This document shows positions 1-9,695 of a DNA stretch of 20,000 nucleotides, piece after piece. The stretch is taken from assembly GCF_000372725.1 (NCBI RefSeq), contig NW_005201349.1:81361-101360 (forward strand), given 5' to 3'. The first letter of the stretch is position 1; each line of letters starts with the position of its first letter. The notes beneath the pieces were generated by a model that saw only the letters and a program-made list of their open reading frames with translations, had not been told where the DNA came from and did no database searches. The position numbers and the translations under genes were made by a program. Source of the stretch: Emiliania huxleyi CCMP1516. Lineage: Eukaryota.

Positions 1-961
1 AAGGAGAGCCGGTCAAGCGGAGTGGGCTCAGGCTCGACCAGCTCAGCGGCTGGGTCGGATGAATCGTATCCCCAGTAGAAGCCAGCCGGTGCCGCGTTCT
101 CCACAGCGACAGCCGCACGCACGAAGGCGCGGGAAGGGGCGGTGGCGTACCGCGCTGGGCCGGCCACCAGGCCGGCGGCGGAGATGCAGGAGAGGGACAG
201 CATCGCCTGCCGAGCTCTGGCGAAGGCTGTCGACGCGGAAAAATTGCCCACGAAGGGGAAAGCGCGTCCCGTTTTCATGTTTAGGTATGTCCCGTTTTCA
301 TCTTTGCAAAAACGCCCGCGCCGCGAGCTGCGCGCGCCGGGGCTCTGTCTCACTCACGTGCCGCAATATGTGTCACACACGGCGGCTTCTGCCACCTCTC
401 GATCGGTTCCACTTCGCAGCACACCCAAGGGGCGCTTCGCGCTTGGGTGGGAGCGGGGGGGGGCGTGGGCGCGGGCGGGGGGCGCAGCGCGCGGCGCGCG
501 CGTGCGCGCAACCGAGGGTAGGGGTGGGGAAGACGGCGAGGAGGGGGCGGCGGCGGCGGCGGCGGCAGCGCGCGCGCGGCGCGCGCGACGGAGGGGAATA
601 GTTGGAGCGCGTCCCGTTTTCACATGTTTATCCGGCCCTCATAACCCTACGGCGTCCCCTAAGCGCGGTTTGGTGTCGCCGACGCGATCCACAGCTGCAT
701 TGGATATGATCAGGTCGCGCTAGTGCCGCGCACCAACCTCGTGTTACGTGTATGCCAACCAGCAGTTCTTCGACGGCTCGCGCTGGCAGTGGACGGTGCC
801 GCCCCTCCGCGCCGACAACGCGCTGGTCAACGGCCCGCTCCCGCTGATGACTCTGTGGAGGAAGGAGCGCGGGCTAGATGCCGAGTCCGTGTCCCGCCTC
901 TGGCGTGGGTGCGAGTCCATTCTCCCTCGCCCGTCAGCAAGCCACGCACTCGGCTGCACTC

Positions 962-1003
962 GCCCAGAGGTCAAGCCCAGAGGTAAGCCCAGAGGTCAAG
1001 CCC
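962..1003 (+). repeat. Intronic tandem repeat, about 3 x GCCCAGAGGT(C)AA
   Basis: Directly visible in the sequence. Confidence 0.85.
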
Positions 1004-1579
1004 CCGTGTCCGCGGTGTTTGTACGGCGGGTCTTAGGGCTAGCCGCTTGAGGCCTCGTCACTGCTCGAGTGAACGGTAGGACCTCTGGCTAGCGACGCCG
1101 CACGGCTTCGACGAGGCGCTCCCAAAGGGGCACGAAGACTGGGCCTTCTGGCTGCAGCTCACGGAGCGGCTGCCGCTCGACTCGGTGCTGTGTCCGACAG
1201 CTCGCTGCGTCTCTGAGATTAGGCTGCAGCTGACGCGGCTGCCGCTGCTGCCGCACAAGCTGGACGACTTCCTCACCCAGTACCGCTACAAAGAAGGACT
1301 CCAAGATGCGCACGCGAGAGCGCAACAACCCGGAGGCGCCGCGGCTCCCCCGCCTGCACGAGAGACGCCTTCCGAGAGACGCCTTCCGAGACCCTCCCTC
1401 GAGCCGTCCTGCAGGTCCCGCGGCTCATGCGCACCCTCTTCGCCGACCTGTGCGCGAACCTTCCGAGAACCTTCCTCCCTCCCCGCCCCGGCCGCTGCCT
1501 CCACCACCGCCCCGAGGAACGCCCACCCCGCCGGTCGATACCGCCGCCTCCACTCTGCCCGCCTCCACTCCGCCACCCT

Positions 1580-1652
1580 CCGACACGTCCTCCGACACGT
1601 CCGCCGACACGTCCACCCACACGTCCGCCTGACACGTCCACCCACACGTCCA
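1580..1652 (+). repeat. Intronic ~12-bp minisatellite (CCGACACGTCCN-like)
   Basis: Repeated ACACGTCC units inside predicted intron 1450-1666. Confidence 0.85.
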
Positions 1653-2794
1653 CGGCGCGTCCGCAGGTACCCGGTGCGCAAGCTGCTGATCGACCACCAC
1701 GAGCTGCTCAAGCCGGCCGACGAGCCGAGCCAGAAGCCGGGCATCACCGAGGCGGTCGTCATGGACGTCTCCGTCTCGCAGCACCTCCACCCCACCCGCC
1801 CGGAGCCGCACCTCTGGTCGGGGATGATCCTGCAGGCAAAGGGCGACCTGGCCGGCGCGGCGGCCGCGTACAACGCCTCCGCCGCGCTCGCCGCGCCGTA
1901 CGATTGGCAGGGCTCCTACCGCTTCTGGCGGGCGCTGCTCCTGCTCGGCGACGGCGCCGCAGCGGCGCGCGAGGAGGCGGCGCTCCGCCGGCGGTGGGGC
2001 GACGCGCAGATGCGATGGTACAGCACAGACGCTTATGGTGACGTACTGCCTGCCGCGTCGGAGTGAGCGGCGCTGCCCGTGTCGTATATCCTCGTCTATC
2101 ACACGTGACTGCGGTGTATTTGTAAAAGACGTCAATGGGTCAATGACGGACGACGAAAGCATCACGTGTGACACTGTATATGCCGTGCAGCGTAATCCGG
2201 ACCTAGATGAAGCCACGTTTTTGCATCCTAACAGCCGTGAAGAGGCCTGCCGGGATCGACCACCGCCAGCTAAAGCCCAGCTCGTGAAAACAGAAGAAGG
2301 AAATCGCCAGCGTCACGAGCAGCGGCGCTGCGAGGTTGAGGAGCCGCTCAGGACGTAGCCTCATCAGCGATCTGTGTGGCGGCACAACCTGCGAGTCCGT
2401 AGCGTCGACGCTCTTTGCGTGGCCTCCAGCGCAATGGCCTGGGAGCGGGCGAGTAGAGGCACGCCGCTCGGCAACGAGCCGGGCAGCCACGCCCCCGACC
2501 ACGAGAGGGCGATGCCAATCGAACCCCGTGTGCGGGGGGCCTCTACTCGCCCGTAGGATTCCTAGTGCGAATAAAAAAGCTAGGGCGCATAACACAATTT
2601 CTTGCAGCCTGCAAATTCTTTTTGCCGCTACCCGACCATTTTGCTCGGACTCTCTGCTAGGACTGCCGGGCGTGATCTCGACCCGCGCGCGCACAAAATT
2701 TCTTCTTTACCGTCCTTCCTTGTCGCCCAATAAGCCGCGACCATTGCTCTGTGCTGCTCTGTGCTGCGGCAGGCCACCCCGGCGCAGCTTTGGG

Positions 2795-3328
2795 ATGCAA
2801 CCAATCGAATGCGCCAGTTGCGACGCCGGCTGGGACGACTGTGGGACCTGCTTGATGCTTGTCGAGAGCTCGGGCTGCCCCTGGACCTCGGCAATCATTC
2901 GTGGCTGCAGCGGTGGCACATCGCTCAACTCATTTTGCGACGGTAACGGCAGTTGTGGGACGTCAGACGTCGCCAACAACTGCCGCCTCGGCAAGGACAT
3001 CTACAAGCGGGTCGAGTGCACCGCCACGCCTCCATCGGCGCCTCCCGCGACCCCGCCGAGCAGCCCACCCTCACCACCCCCACCCATGCCACCGTCCCTG
3101 CCCATCGCGGATGTAAGCTTCCTCTCCGCCGATGCCAATGACGGACAAGCGTGGCTGGTGCCGCTGGTTGCGGGCAGCGTCGCAGTCTCATTGACGCTCT
3201 GCCTCTGCTTCCTCTGCTGGCGCTGCTGCGGCCGTCGCCACAAGCGCGCCCCGGGTGCTCTTATGCCCGCCGCAGCGCGGCCAGTCTTCGATCCCGACCC
3301 GGATGATAGCCCCTTCAAATGCCCATAA
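2795..3328 (+). CDS. Single-pass membrane protein: Cys-rich ectodomain, Pro/Ser stalk, TM helix, juxtamembrane Cys cluster and basic stop-transfer
   Basis: MQPIECASCDAGWDDCGTC...FCDGNGSCGTSDVANNC...DIYKRVEC, then PPSAPPATPPSSPPSPPPP, then WLVPLVAGSVAVSLTLCLCFLCW, then RCCGRRHKR. The start is uncertain because there is no clear signal peptide at this ATG. Confidence 0.7.
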   Translation: MQPIECASCDAGWDDCGTCLMLVESSGCPWTSAIIRGCSGGTSLNSFCDGNGSCGTSDVANNCRLGKDIYKRVECTATPPSAPPATPPSSPPSPPPPMPPSLPIADVSFLSADANDGQAWLVPLVAGSVAVSLTLCLCFLCWRCCGRRHKRAPGALMPAAARPVFDPDPDDSPFKCP

Positions 3329-3507
3329 GCAACATGTCATGCAGACTGAGACCCCGCTCTTCGCGGCTGACGGCGGCGCGGCATGTCCATGTCCATGTGC
3401 GAGACGTGTGCGAATAACACCGTAAACACGCCTGACACACCGCACACGCAGGACACATCTCACAAATGTCAAATCGGAAAAAAGCGCTCGGATGTACGAT
3501 CTGGCAG

Positions 3508-3586
3508 GCCCCAGCCAGTTCTTAGTGGTCCAAATCACCTCATCGAGGTACTGGGCCCGCGTCAGCTTGTTCTGTACGGCACGTCC
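3508..3586 (-). mobile_element. ~80-bp internal fragment of the CRE-like LINE seen at 12451-12865
   Basis: Near-identical to 12669-12745; encodes QNKLTRAQYLDEVIWTTKNWLG versus QNKLTRAQYLDEVTWTTKSWLG. Confidence 0.85.
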
Positions 3587-5982
3587 ACTTGAGGCAAACT
3601 GCGGGTAAATAAATATTTTTGAAGGGATGAACGCGAGCTCGTGGGGTCCACGAAAGCACCGCTTGGCGGTGTCAGAACCGCCCTCTTTGACCCTGGGGGG
3701 CCGAATCTGCGCCCTCTGGGCCCCGGCGGCGGTCCCGGAGAGGGCCAGCACGCGGGCTCCGCCGACGCTCTCGCAACGCGGGTCGCGCCGCGCGCCTCCC
3801 GGACGAAGCGTGTTGGTGCGCGACGGCGATCCCCGCCTGCAGGGAGCGGAGCACACGCGTCGGATGGCGAGGGCAGCACAAATATTGCACTCACGTCCCA
3901 GTATGGCAGCAGCCGGACGGGTTGGGTGGCGTGAGGGCAGGGTGGTGAGGATGATTCCACAGATCTCGCTGGAAATGGCCGTGTCCTTCCCGGGGGAGGC
4001 AGGCGAGCACGCACCTCGCGTCCGAGCGCGAGTCGACGAGTGGTCGCCGAGAGATCGCCGAACCACTTTCGAGTGCGCGCGCACACAGCACAGCTGCGGG
4101 TTGTAACTCGACTGCCGATCGCGCGTGCGGGATGTAAACGCAGCTCGCTGGCGCCAGTGCACGGTGGCAGGGACTGGAGGCTCGGCCGAAGGGGAAGAGC
4201 AGTCCTCAATCGTCACGTGGAGGTCGCTGGGCTGGATCCATCGAACTGCCCCACACCTGGAGCGGAGGCACATCAGGTCTTGCGGCACACTCTCCGACAG
4301 ATGCATGCCTTTTGAGCAAGCCCACGCGCCTCCACCGTCGCGTAGTATGCCAGCGGCACGCCGGTACGCCGACGAGTCGTGCGCGCTCGGCAGTAATCGG
4401 CGTTGAGACTGCCTAGCGCGCACATCGAGAGCGCCGAGTTGTGTTGCCGCGAGGAATCCTGCTCGAAGATGGGGTCCGAGCGGCGCCTGATCGCATGGGA
4501 TGGATCAGTGGGGCTATCACGTGGGTACTAGGCCTGCTCAGTCAGGAGTTGGCGAGTGTGTGGGAGATTCACGCCCGTCGCTCAACGTCTGTTGAAAAAC
4601 TGTTCGCTGAGCAAGCTCACGGTCGAGCGGGCTTGACGCGCGCTTCAGGATAGCAAGAGGCGTGCCCACTCCCCTGAGGAGCGTGCGGGCACGCCTGGGA
4701 ATCGATGTGGAGCGACCATGGACTGGGATGACAGCCGGCGAAGCACTGCGCCAAAACCATGGCGCCGAAAAGCGTCCGCCCTCGGCGTGCTGCAAGCTTC
4801 ACGGCGGAGGCTGTGAAGTCGCGGCATCGAGTTCAACCTGAGCGCACGCACGCACCGTGCTGGGGAGGAGTTGGCCTGCGAGCGGCGAGCGCTCCCGAGC
4901 GCGCGGCGCCCCGTTCTGGCCATCTTGCGCTTTACCACCACAAAATCGCCTCCATTTTGCGCGCCTCCGGTGGCAGGTCTAGCCGGGCCCGATTGATGAA
5001 ACTTTTGATGGTTGCGCGCCGGATCTCGACTCCACCGTGCTACGGTGCGTCCCAAAGCAAAACTTGTGGCAGAGGGGCCAGATTGGCCGATTTATAACGA
5101 CTGGACAGCGTCTGAAGGCTATTTTGCGGCGACACCGATACGCGGTTGAGGGCCCACGGTTGTGGCTAGTGGAGGGTGCTGTACAATCCGAGGGCGTTCC
5201 CGTGGCCTCACGGGCCCGGTCGACGATCGTGGCCAGAAAATTCAAAAAGTTTCATCCGTGGGGGCGAGATATTTAACTGTCTAGCTCGATTTTGACCCAT
5301 AACTAGACAGAACGGCCCCAAATCGGCCCGGAACCGACCCGTGGGCCCGTCTGCCGCACCCAGCTCCGCCGGGAGGGGCGCGCGCCGTTCCCCGCGGGTC
5401 GGGCGGGCCACGCAGACACGGCGGGCGAGCTTCCCGTGCCCTGTGAGAGCCGTCACACCGCCTCAAACAGGTCCCAAAGTGGGGTTTGCCTCAAGTGCAC
5501 GTCCGCCGAAGAAAAGAATTTTACGAGCGGTACTGAGCCAGTCCAAACACGCGAAAAGGGAGGGAAAAAGAATCTTGAAGGCCGCGCGAGCGAGAACAGA
5601 TCGAGAGACATCACACCAATGGACATGCACACCGCATCTGCAGGCTCAAACAACAAAAACAAAATGAATGAGGACAGGTGCAGCTCACGAACAGGCCACA
5701 TAATCGTGTCCAGGTAAGAGCCAAAAGCACGCTGCACGGCCGCACACCACCGGCCCGGGGTGGGGGGGGGGGGGCCACCAACTGCACGCACCCACGCTGT
5801 ACCACAGGCGCTGCACGCCGGGTATCGTTGCACGCGCCACGGCGCAGAAGAACGCGAAAATTGAAAAGGTGAAGGCACAAATTTGCGAGGCGAGAAGACG
5901 GCTGCGAGTAGCTCGCGGAGGAGTCACACGGCTTCGCCTCAGGCCCCGGGACCTTGGTTGTGGAGAGGAAGAGAGCGCATCT

Positions 5983-6430
5983 CTAGTGGTAGCAGAAGTA
6001 GCAGCTGCCGCAAAGCTGGGTTTTGGGGCAGTGCTTGTCGGGGTTGTTCTTGCACCACGGCATGCACACGTTTGCCGGCGGCGGTGGCGGCCCGCAGGGG
6101 TCGCAGTACTCGAGCGTGCCGCACGCGATGCGGCCGCCGTCGTACCCGTGCACCACAAAGGCCTTGCCGAGCACATCGAGCGAGGTGCCGCCCATGACGG
6201 CGGACAGCTTCCCCTCCGCGTTGCCGTTGGTGGAGGAGACGTAGGAGAGGCTCTTCTCCGTCCACGGGTCGGCGAAGCCGTTCGTGGCGTAGTGCCCGCC
6301 AACCTCGCTGGCGGCCTCGCACGAGGAGCCCGAGTGGATGTGAAGGCCACACGAGTTGCCGAACGAGGCGTTGTACCCGCCAGCGCAGCCTGTGCGTGGC
6401 GCGGACGGAGAATGGGCTGGACGCGGGCGA

Positions 6431-6464
<34 letters not shown>

Positions 6465-7225
6465 ACGGGCGTGGTCGAGGGCTGTGCGCGGTGTGCCGAG
6501 GTCGAGGCCCTTGAGCGTATAGTCGAAGTACTGCGTGGTCTTGTCCACGGTAACCATCGTGATGACACCCGTCGCGTCGGGGAAGGCGCCGTAGTAGCCG
6601 GGGTAGGTTGCAAAATTGGTCACGCACAGCGGGTCCACCACGGGCTCCATCAGCGCGCACGCGATGCGCCCGCCGTTTGCGTCGTGGACGACAAAGGCCC
6701 GGCCCAGCAGGTCGCTCGTAGTCGCGCCCGTGTCGGCGTCAAAGTTGCCCGAGGCGGTTCCGATTGTCGTGCTGTAAAACGCGACGTAGTCCGCGCCCAT
6801 GCCGCCGTCGGACCACGGGTCGGCCGCGGGGGGTTGGTAATAGTGCCCCCCGACCTCGGAGGCGCTGGAGCAGGTGAAGCCAGAGTGGATGTGGATGCCG
6901 CACGCGTTGCCGGAGAGTTCGAGTGGGTCGGTGCCGGTGCAGCCCGTGTCGAGGCCCGACAGATCGTAGACGAAGGTCTGTGGGTAGGAAGGCGTGGGGG
7001 TGTGATCGAAACCACGGACAGCAATGGGCAGGGTGGGGCGACGGCTCGGGAAGCAGGCCTGCACGCCATCCCCGTCCGAATACAGGGTGACCTTGCCAGT
7101 GACCGACGAGAAGGGGCCCCCGTAGCCTGCCCGTAGCCCGGGTAGGGGCCGAACTTGACGGTGGCGAGCTCGATCTTGGGGCCGCACTGGGCGCCGAGGT
7201 GAATGGCGGGAGCGATTGAGAGCAT
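5983..7225 (-). CDS. Tandem two-domain Cu/Zn-superoxide-dismutase-fold protein (Cu-only type) with Pro linker and C-terminal Cys-rich module
   Basis: Two copies of C-G-[IL]-H-I-H-S-G-x-x-C...GGHY...DPW...G[RK]AFVVH...GGRIAC. Exons 7225-7138, 7126-6497 and 6389-5983. GC-AG intron at 6390-6496, plus an 11-nt GC...AG insert at 7127-7137 that must be removed to keep frame. C-terminus CMPWCKNNPDKHCPKTQLCGSCYFCYH*. Confidence 0.85.
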
Positions 7226-7422
7226 GTTGTCGCGGACGTACGGAGTTGTGCTGGGCTGTGGCGGGCTGCAACACACCGGCCCGAACTAACGGCAAATTCC
7301 GGGCCGAAACGCATTGAACTGGCGACTGATCTCGGCATCATATCTAAAAGTCGAGCGCCGCTGCATCTGACTGCAGCAGCCTCGATCTGGATGCATCTTG
7401 GGTCTCCCCCCTCTACCTACCT

Positions 7423-7453
7423 ACCAATTAGAAATACCTACAACCAATTAGAA
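7423..7453. promoter_or_regulatory. Duplicated ACCAATTAGAA (CCAAT-box-like) motif in the divergent intergenic region
   Basis: Exact 11-mer at 7423-7433 and 7443-7453, between two head-to-head start codons. Function is inferred only. Confidence 0.3.
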
Positions 7454-7834
7454 GGCGGGAGAAGCCGCCGTGGCTGATGCGGGAGCAAGAAGGACGCTGT
7501 CCGAAACGCTTGGACTCACTCAGTCACTAGCCGGGTTTTTCGTTGTACGTACTTTTAGCTTACTCTCTCTCGTTCGTTGTATGTGGCTCTTTACGTACAC
7601 AAAACTCTCTCTACATTCCCGTAGGAGGACTCTGCTGACAGGGTTTGCGCGGTATGTTGTATCTGGTTACTTACCAGACAATGCTCGCGTGTCACGCTTT
7701 TTATCTAGACTCAAGTCTTATATAAGACATATGCGCTATATGGTTTGTATATCGGCGGGCAATTGCATGAAAAGAGGCGCATCGTTGCGGTTTCCGCGAC
7801 TGTCGCGGAATCTTATGCGGATGGCTATACGTCG

Positions 7835-8617
7835 ATGGCTCTAAAGGTCGGCGACGTCTACGTCAAGCCCGGCCAGGAGATGGAGCTCGAGCCCAACGAA
7901 GAGGGCTGCTTGGTAGTCGAGACAACACGGGCGCTCAAGGTGAGGACCGAGGAGAAGGTCCTGCAGGCCCAGGCGGCCAAGGAGGCGGCCAAGGACCTGC
8001 CGCCGCAGTACACGTTTGACGCTTGGCAGACGCCCCTGCTCTGCGCATGCCCACCCCAGTGCGCCTTTGGGCCCGACCCATGCTGCCTTCTCCACGTCAA
8101 GGGCCTGGCCTGCTCGTGCTGCCCGCCCAGCTGCAAGTGCTGCTGCATTCAGTGCCCGCCCGAGTGCTGCTCCAACATCGGCTCCGGCTGCCCGACCTGC
8201 TCCTGCCCAACGTGCACCTGCTGCCCTCCGTCGTGCACTTGGTGCGACATCACGTGCCCGCCAAAGTGCGACTGCCTCCCGTGCCCGTGCCCGACGTGCA
8301 CGTGCTGGCCCTGCCCTCCGTCGTGCACGTGCTGCGACATCACCTGCCCGCCCAAGTGTTGCACCACCTGCGAGTGCTGCCCCTCTTGCTGCGGCGTCAA
8401 GACGGTCGGCATCGCGTGCATCCTTTGCCACTGCACCACCACAATGTACCCCAAGTGCTGCCCGGCATGCCTCTGCTGCACCGTTGAGGTGATCGACGCC
8501 GCTCGCAACAAGAACATCTATCGCGGGAAGGCGGCCGAGTGCGTTTCGTCTGTGGACGTTAAGATGGACCTGAACGGCCAGGCCGGCGGACCGGAGGGCG
8601 AAGAGATGCAGCGCTAA
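7835..8617 (+). CDS. Intronless ultra-Cys-rich protein (260 aa, about 52 Cys) with internal CPTCTC..CPPSCT.CDITCPPKC repeats
   Basis: Strong GC3 codon bias from ATG 7835 (MALKVGDVYVKPGQEM...) to TAA 8615-8617. The central ~150 residues carry about 50 Cys in CC/CxC/CPP motifs. Ends GGPEGEEMQR*. Confidence 0.85.
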   Translation: MALKVGDVYVKPGQEMELEPNEEGCLVVETTRALKVRTEEKVLQAQAAKEAAKDLPPQYTFDAWQTPLLCACPPQCAFGPDPCCLLHVKGLACSCCPPSCKCCCIQCPPECCSNIGSGCPTCSCPTCTCCPPSCTWCDITCPPKCDCLPCPCPTCTCWPCPPSCTCCDITCPPKCCTTCECCPSCCGVKTVGIACILCHCTTTMYPKCCPACLCCTVEVIDAARNKNIYRGKAAECVSSVDVKMDLNGQAGGPEGEEMQR

Positions 8618-9046
8618 GCGTTTCGTGCGCGGCCCATGCTGTTCCTGTTGCCGCCTGTGAGCATCTGGATGTAAAGCCGCATGATGCGTGGGCTAGAGTC
8701 TCGGCACGGGCTCGCAGGGGGTGACGGGTGTCGGTGCACACGGCTGTGCCAGACTCTTGAGGAGGGATTGCGCTCTGTGCACTGTGTTGAGTGTGCTGGA
8801 CTCTGGCGAGCCTCCGCGCGCTCCGGCCCCGGCTCCGGGGACCGGGGGCGCGGGGGGCCGGGGGCGGTGTTGCAATGGACGCGGCGCGCTTGGTTTCGTG
8901 GTTTGGTGCTTGGTGGAGACGCCGATTATTCGAAGAAAAACACGCTCCGCATAAGCCGCGCAAACCTCGCGGATCTCGAAAGATATAATCCACAGGCGGC
9001 AGCGCGCTCGCGCTCGCGCTCGACAGCGCAGGACAAAAAAAGACGA

Positions 9047-9634
9047 TCAGACGCTCGCCGCAGCTGCGTGCGCCTCCGCCGCCTCTCGTCGTACCTCCGC
9101 CGCGCTCGGCCGCTGCGCGTCGTCCCGGCGCAGCATCGCCCTCGCCAGCCGCGCGGAGGGCGAGAGGTCCGCGGCCGGCGCGCCGGCGGCGGGCGGCGGC
9201 GCCATCAGCCGCATCACGGCTTCTGCGCGCTCCATCGAGGTTGCGAACTGGCCGAAGACCTCCGCCACCACCACGCCGAACGAGAAGACGTCGCTGCTCG
9301 GGTCCGCCGGCCGGGGGTCGCCGCAGAGGCGCTCGGGCGGCGCGTAGGCGGGCGTGCCTGCAGCAAGGGCCAGAGCGAGCAATCTGGGGCCCGAGAGCCG
9401 GAGGGCGGCAGTCTTGGGCGGGCGTGGCCGCGCCTCCCGCAGCCGCCAGCGACCCCGTGCGCGCGCAGCAGCCAAAGTCGGCCAGCTTGACGGCGCCGGT
9501 GGCGGGGCACGCAAAGATGTTCGCCGGCTTGACGTCGTTGTGCACCTGCGCGCGGCGCATGTCGCAGCGAGGTGGGCGGTGGGAGGAGGGTGGAGAGGAG
9601 CGGAGAGGGAGGGGAGGGAAGAGTCGGCTGGGGC

Positions 9635-9695
<61 letters not shown>

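Larger units (their letters stand above)
714..2066 (+). pseudogene. Glycosyltransferase family 2 (GT-A) C-terminal half plus TPR-like helical tail; multi-exon, 5'-incomplete, with two apparent frameshifts (pseudogene or sequence errors)
   Basis: The spliced reading gives PRTNLV/YANQQFFDGSRWQW...LMTLWRK|DLWLATPHGFDEALPKGHEDWAFW|LQLTRLPL...FLTQYRY, matching the GT2 'R..lw...gFDe....EDWdfWl.l.....YR' pattern. It continues PEPHLWSGMILQAKGDLAGAAAAYNASAALAPYDW (TPR-like) to the stop at 2064-2066. Predicted introns: 865-1079 (GA-AG), 1151-1222 (GC-AG), 1336-1414 (GC-AG), 1450-1666 (GT-AG). Frame breaks near 741-750 and 1290-1292. Confidence 0.7.

Noticed and set aside
3188..5667. Several long ORFs in the 3.3-5.7 kb block
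   Set aside because: Arg/Ala/Pro-rich with no recognisable domain; expected by chance at this GC content.
7238..7598. Four GTAC cores as copper-response elements
   Set aside because: Four 4-mers in about 600 bp is near chance, and the GTAC/CRR1 system is established for green algae, not for this apparent lineage.
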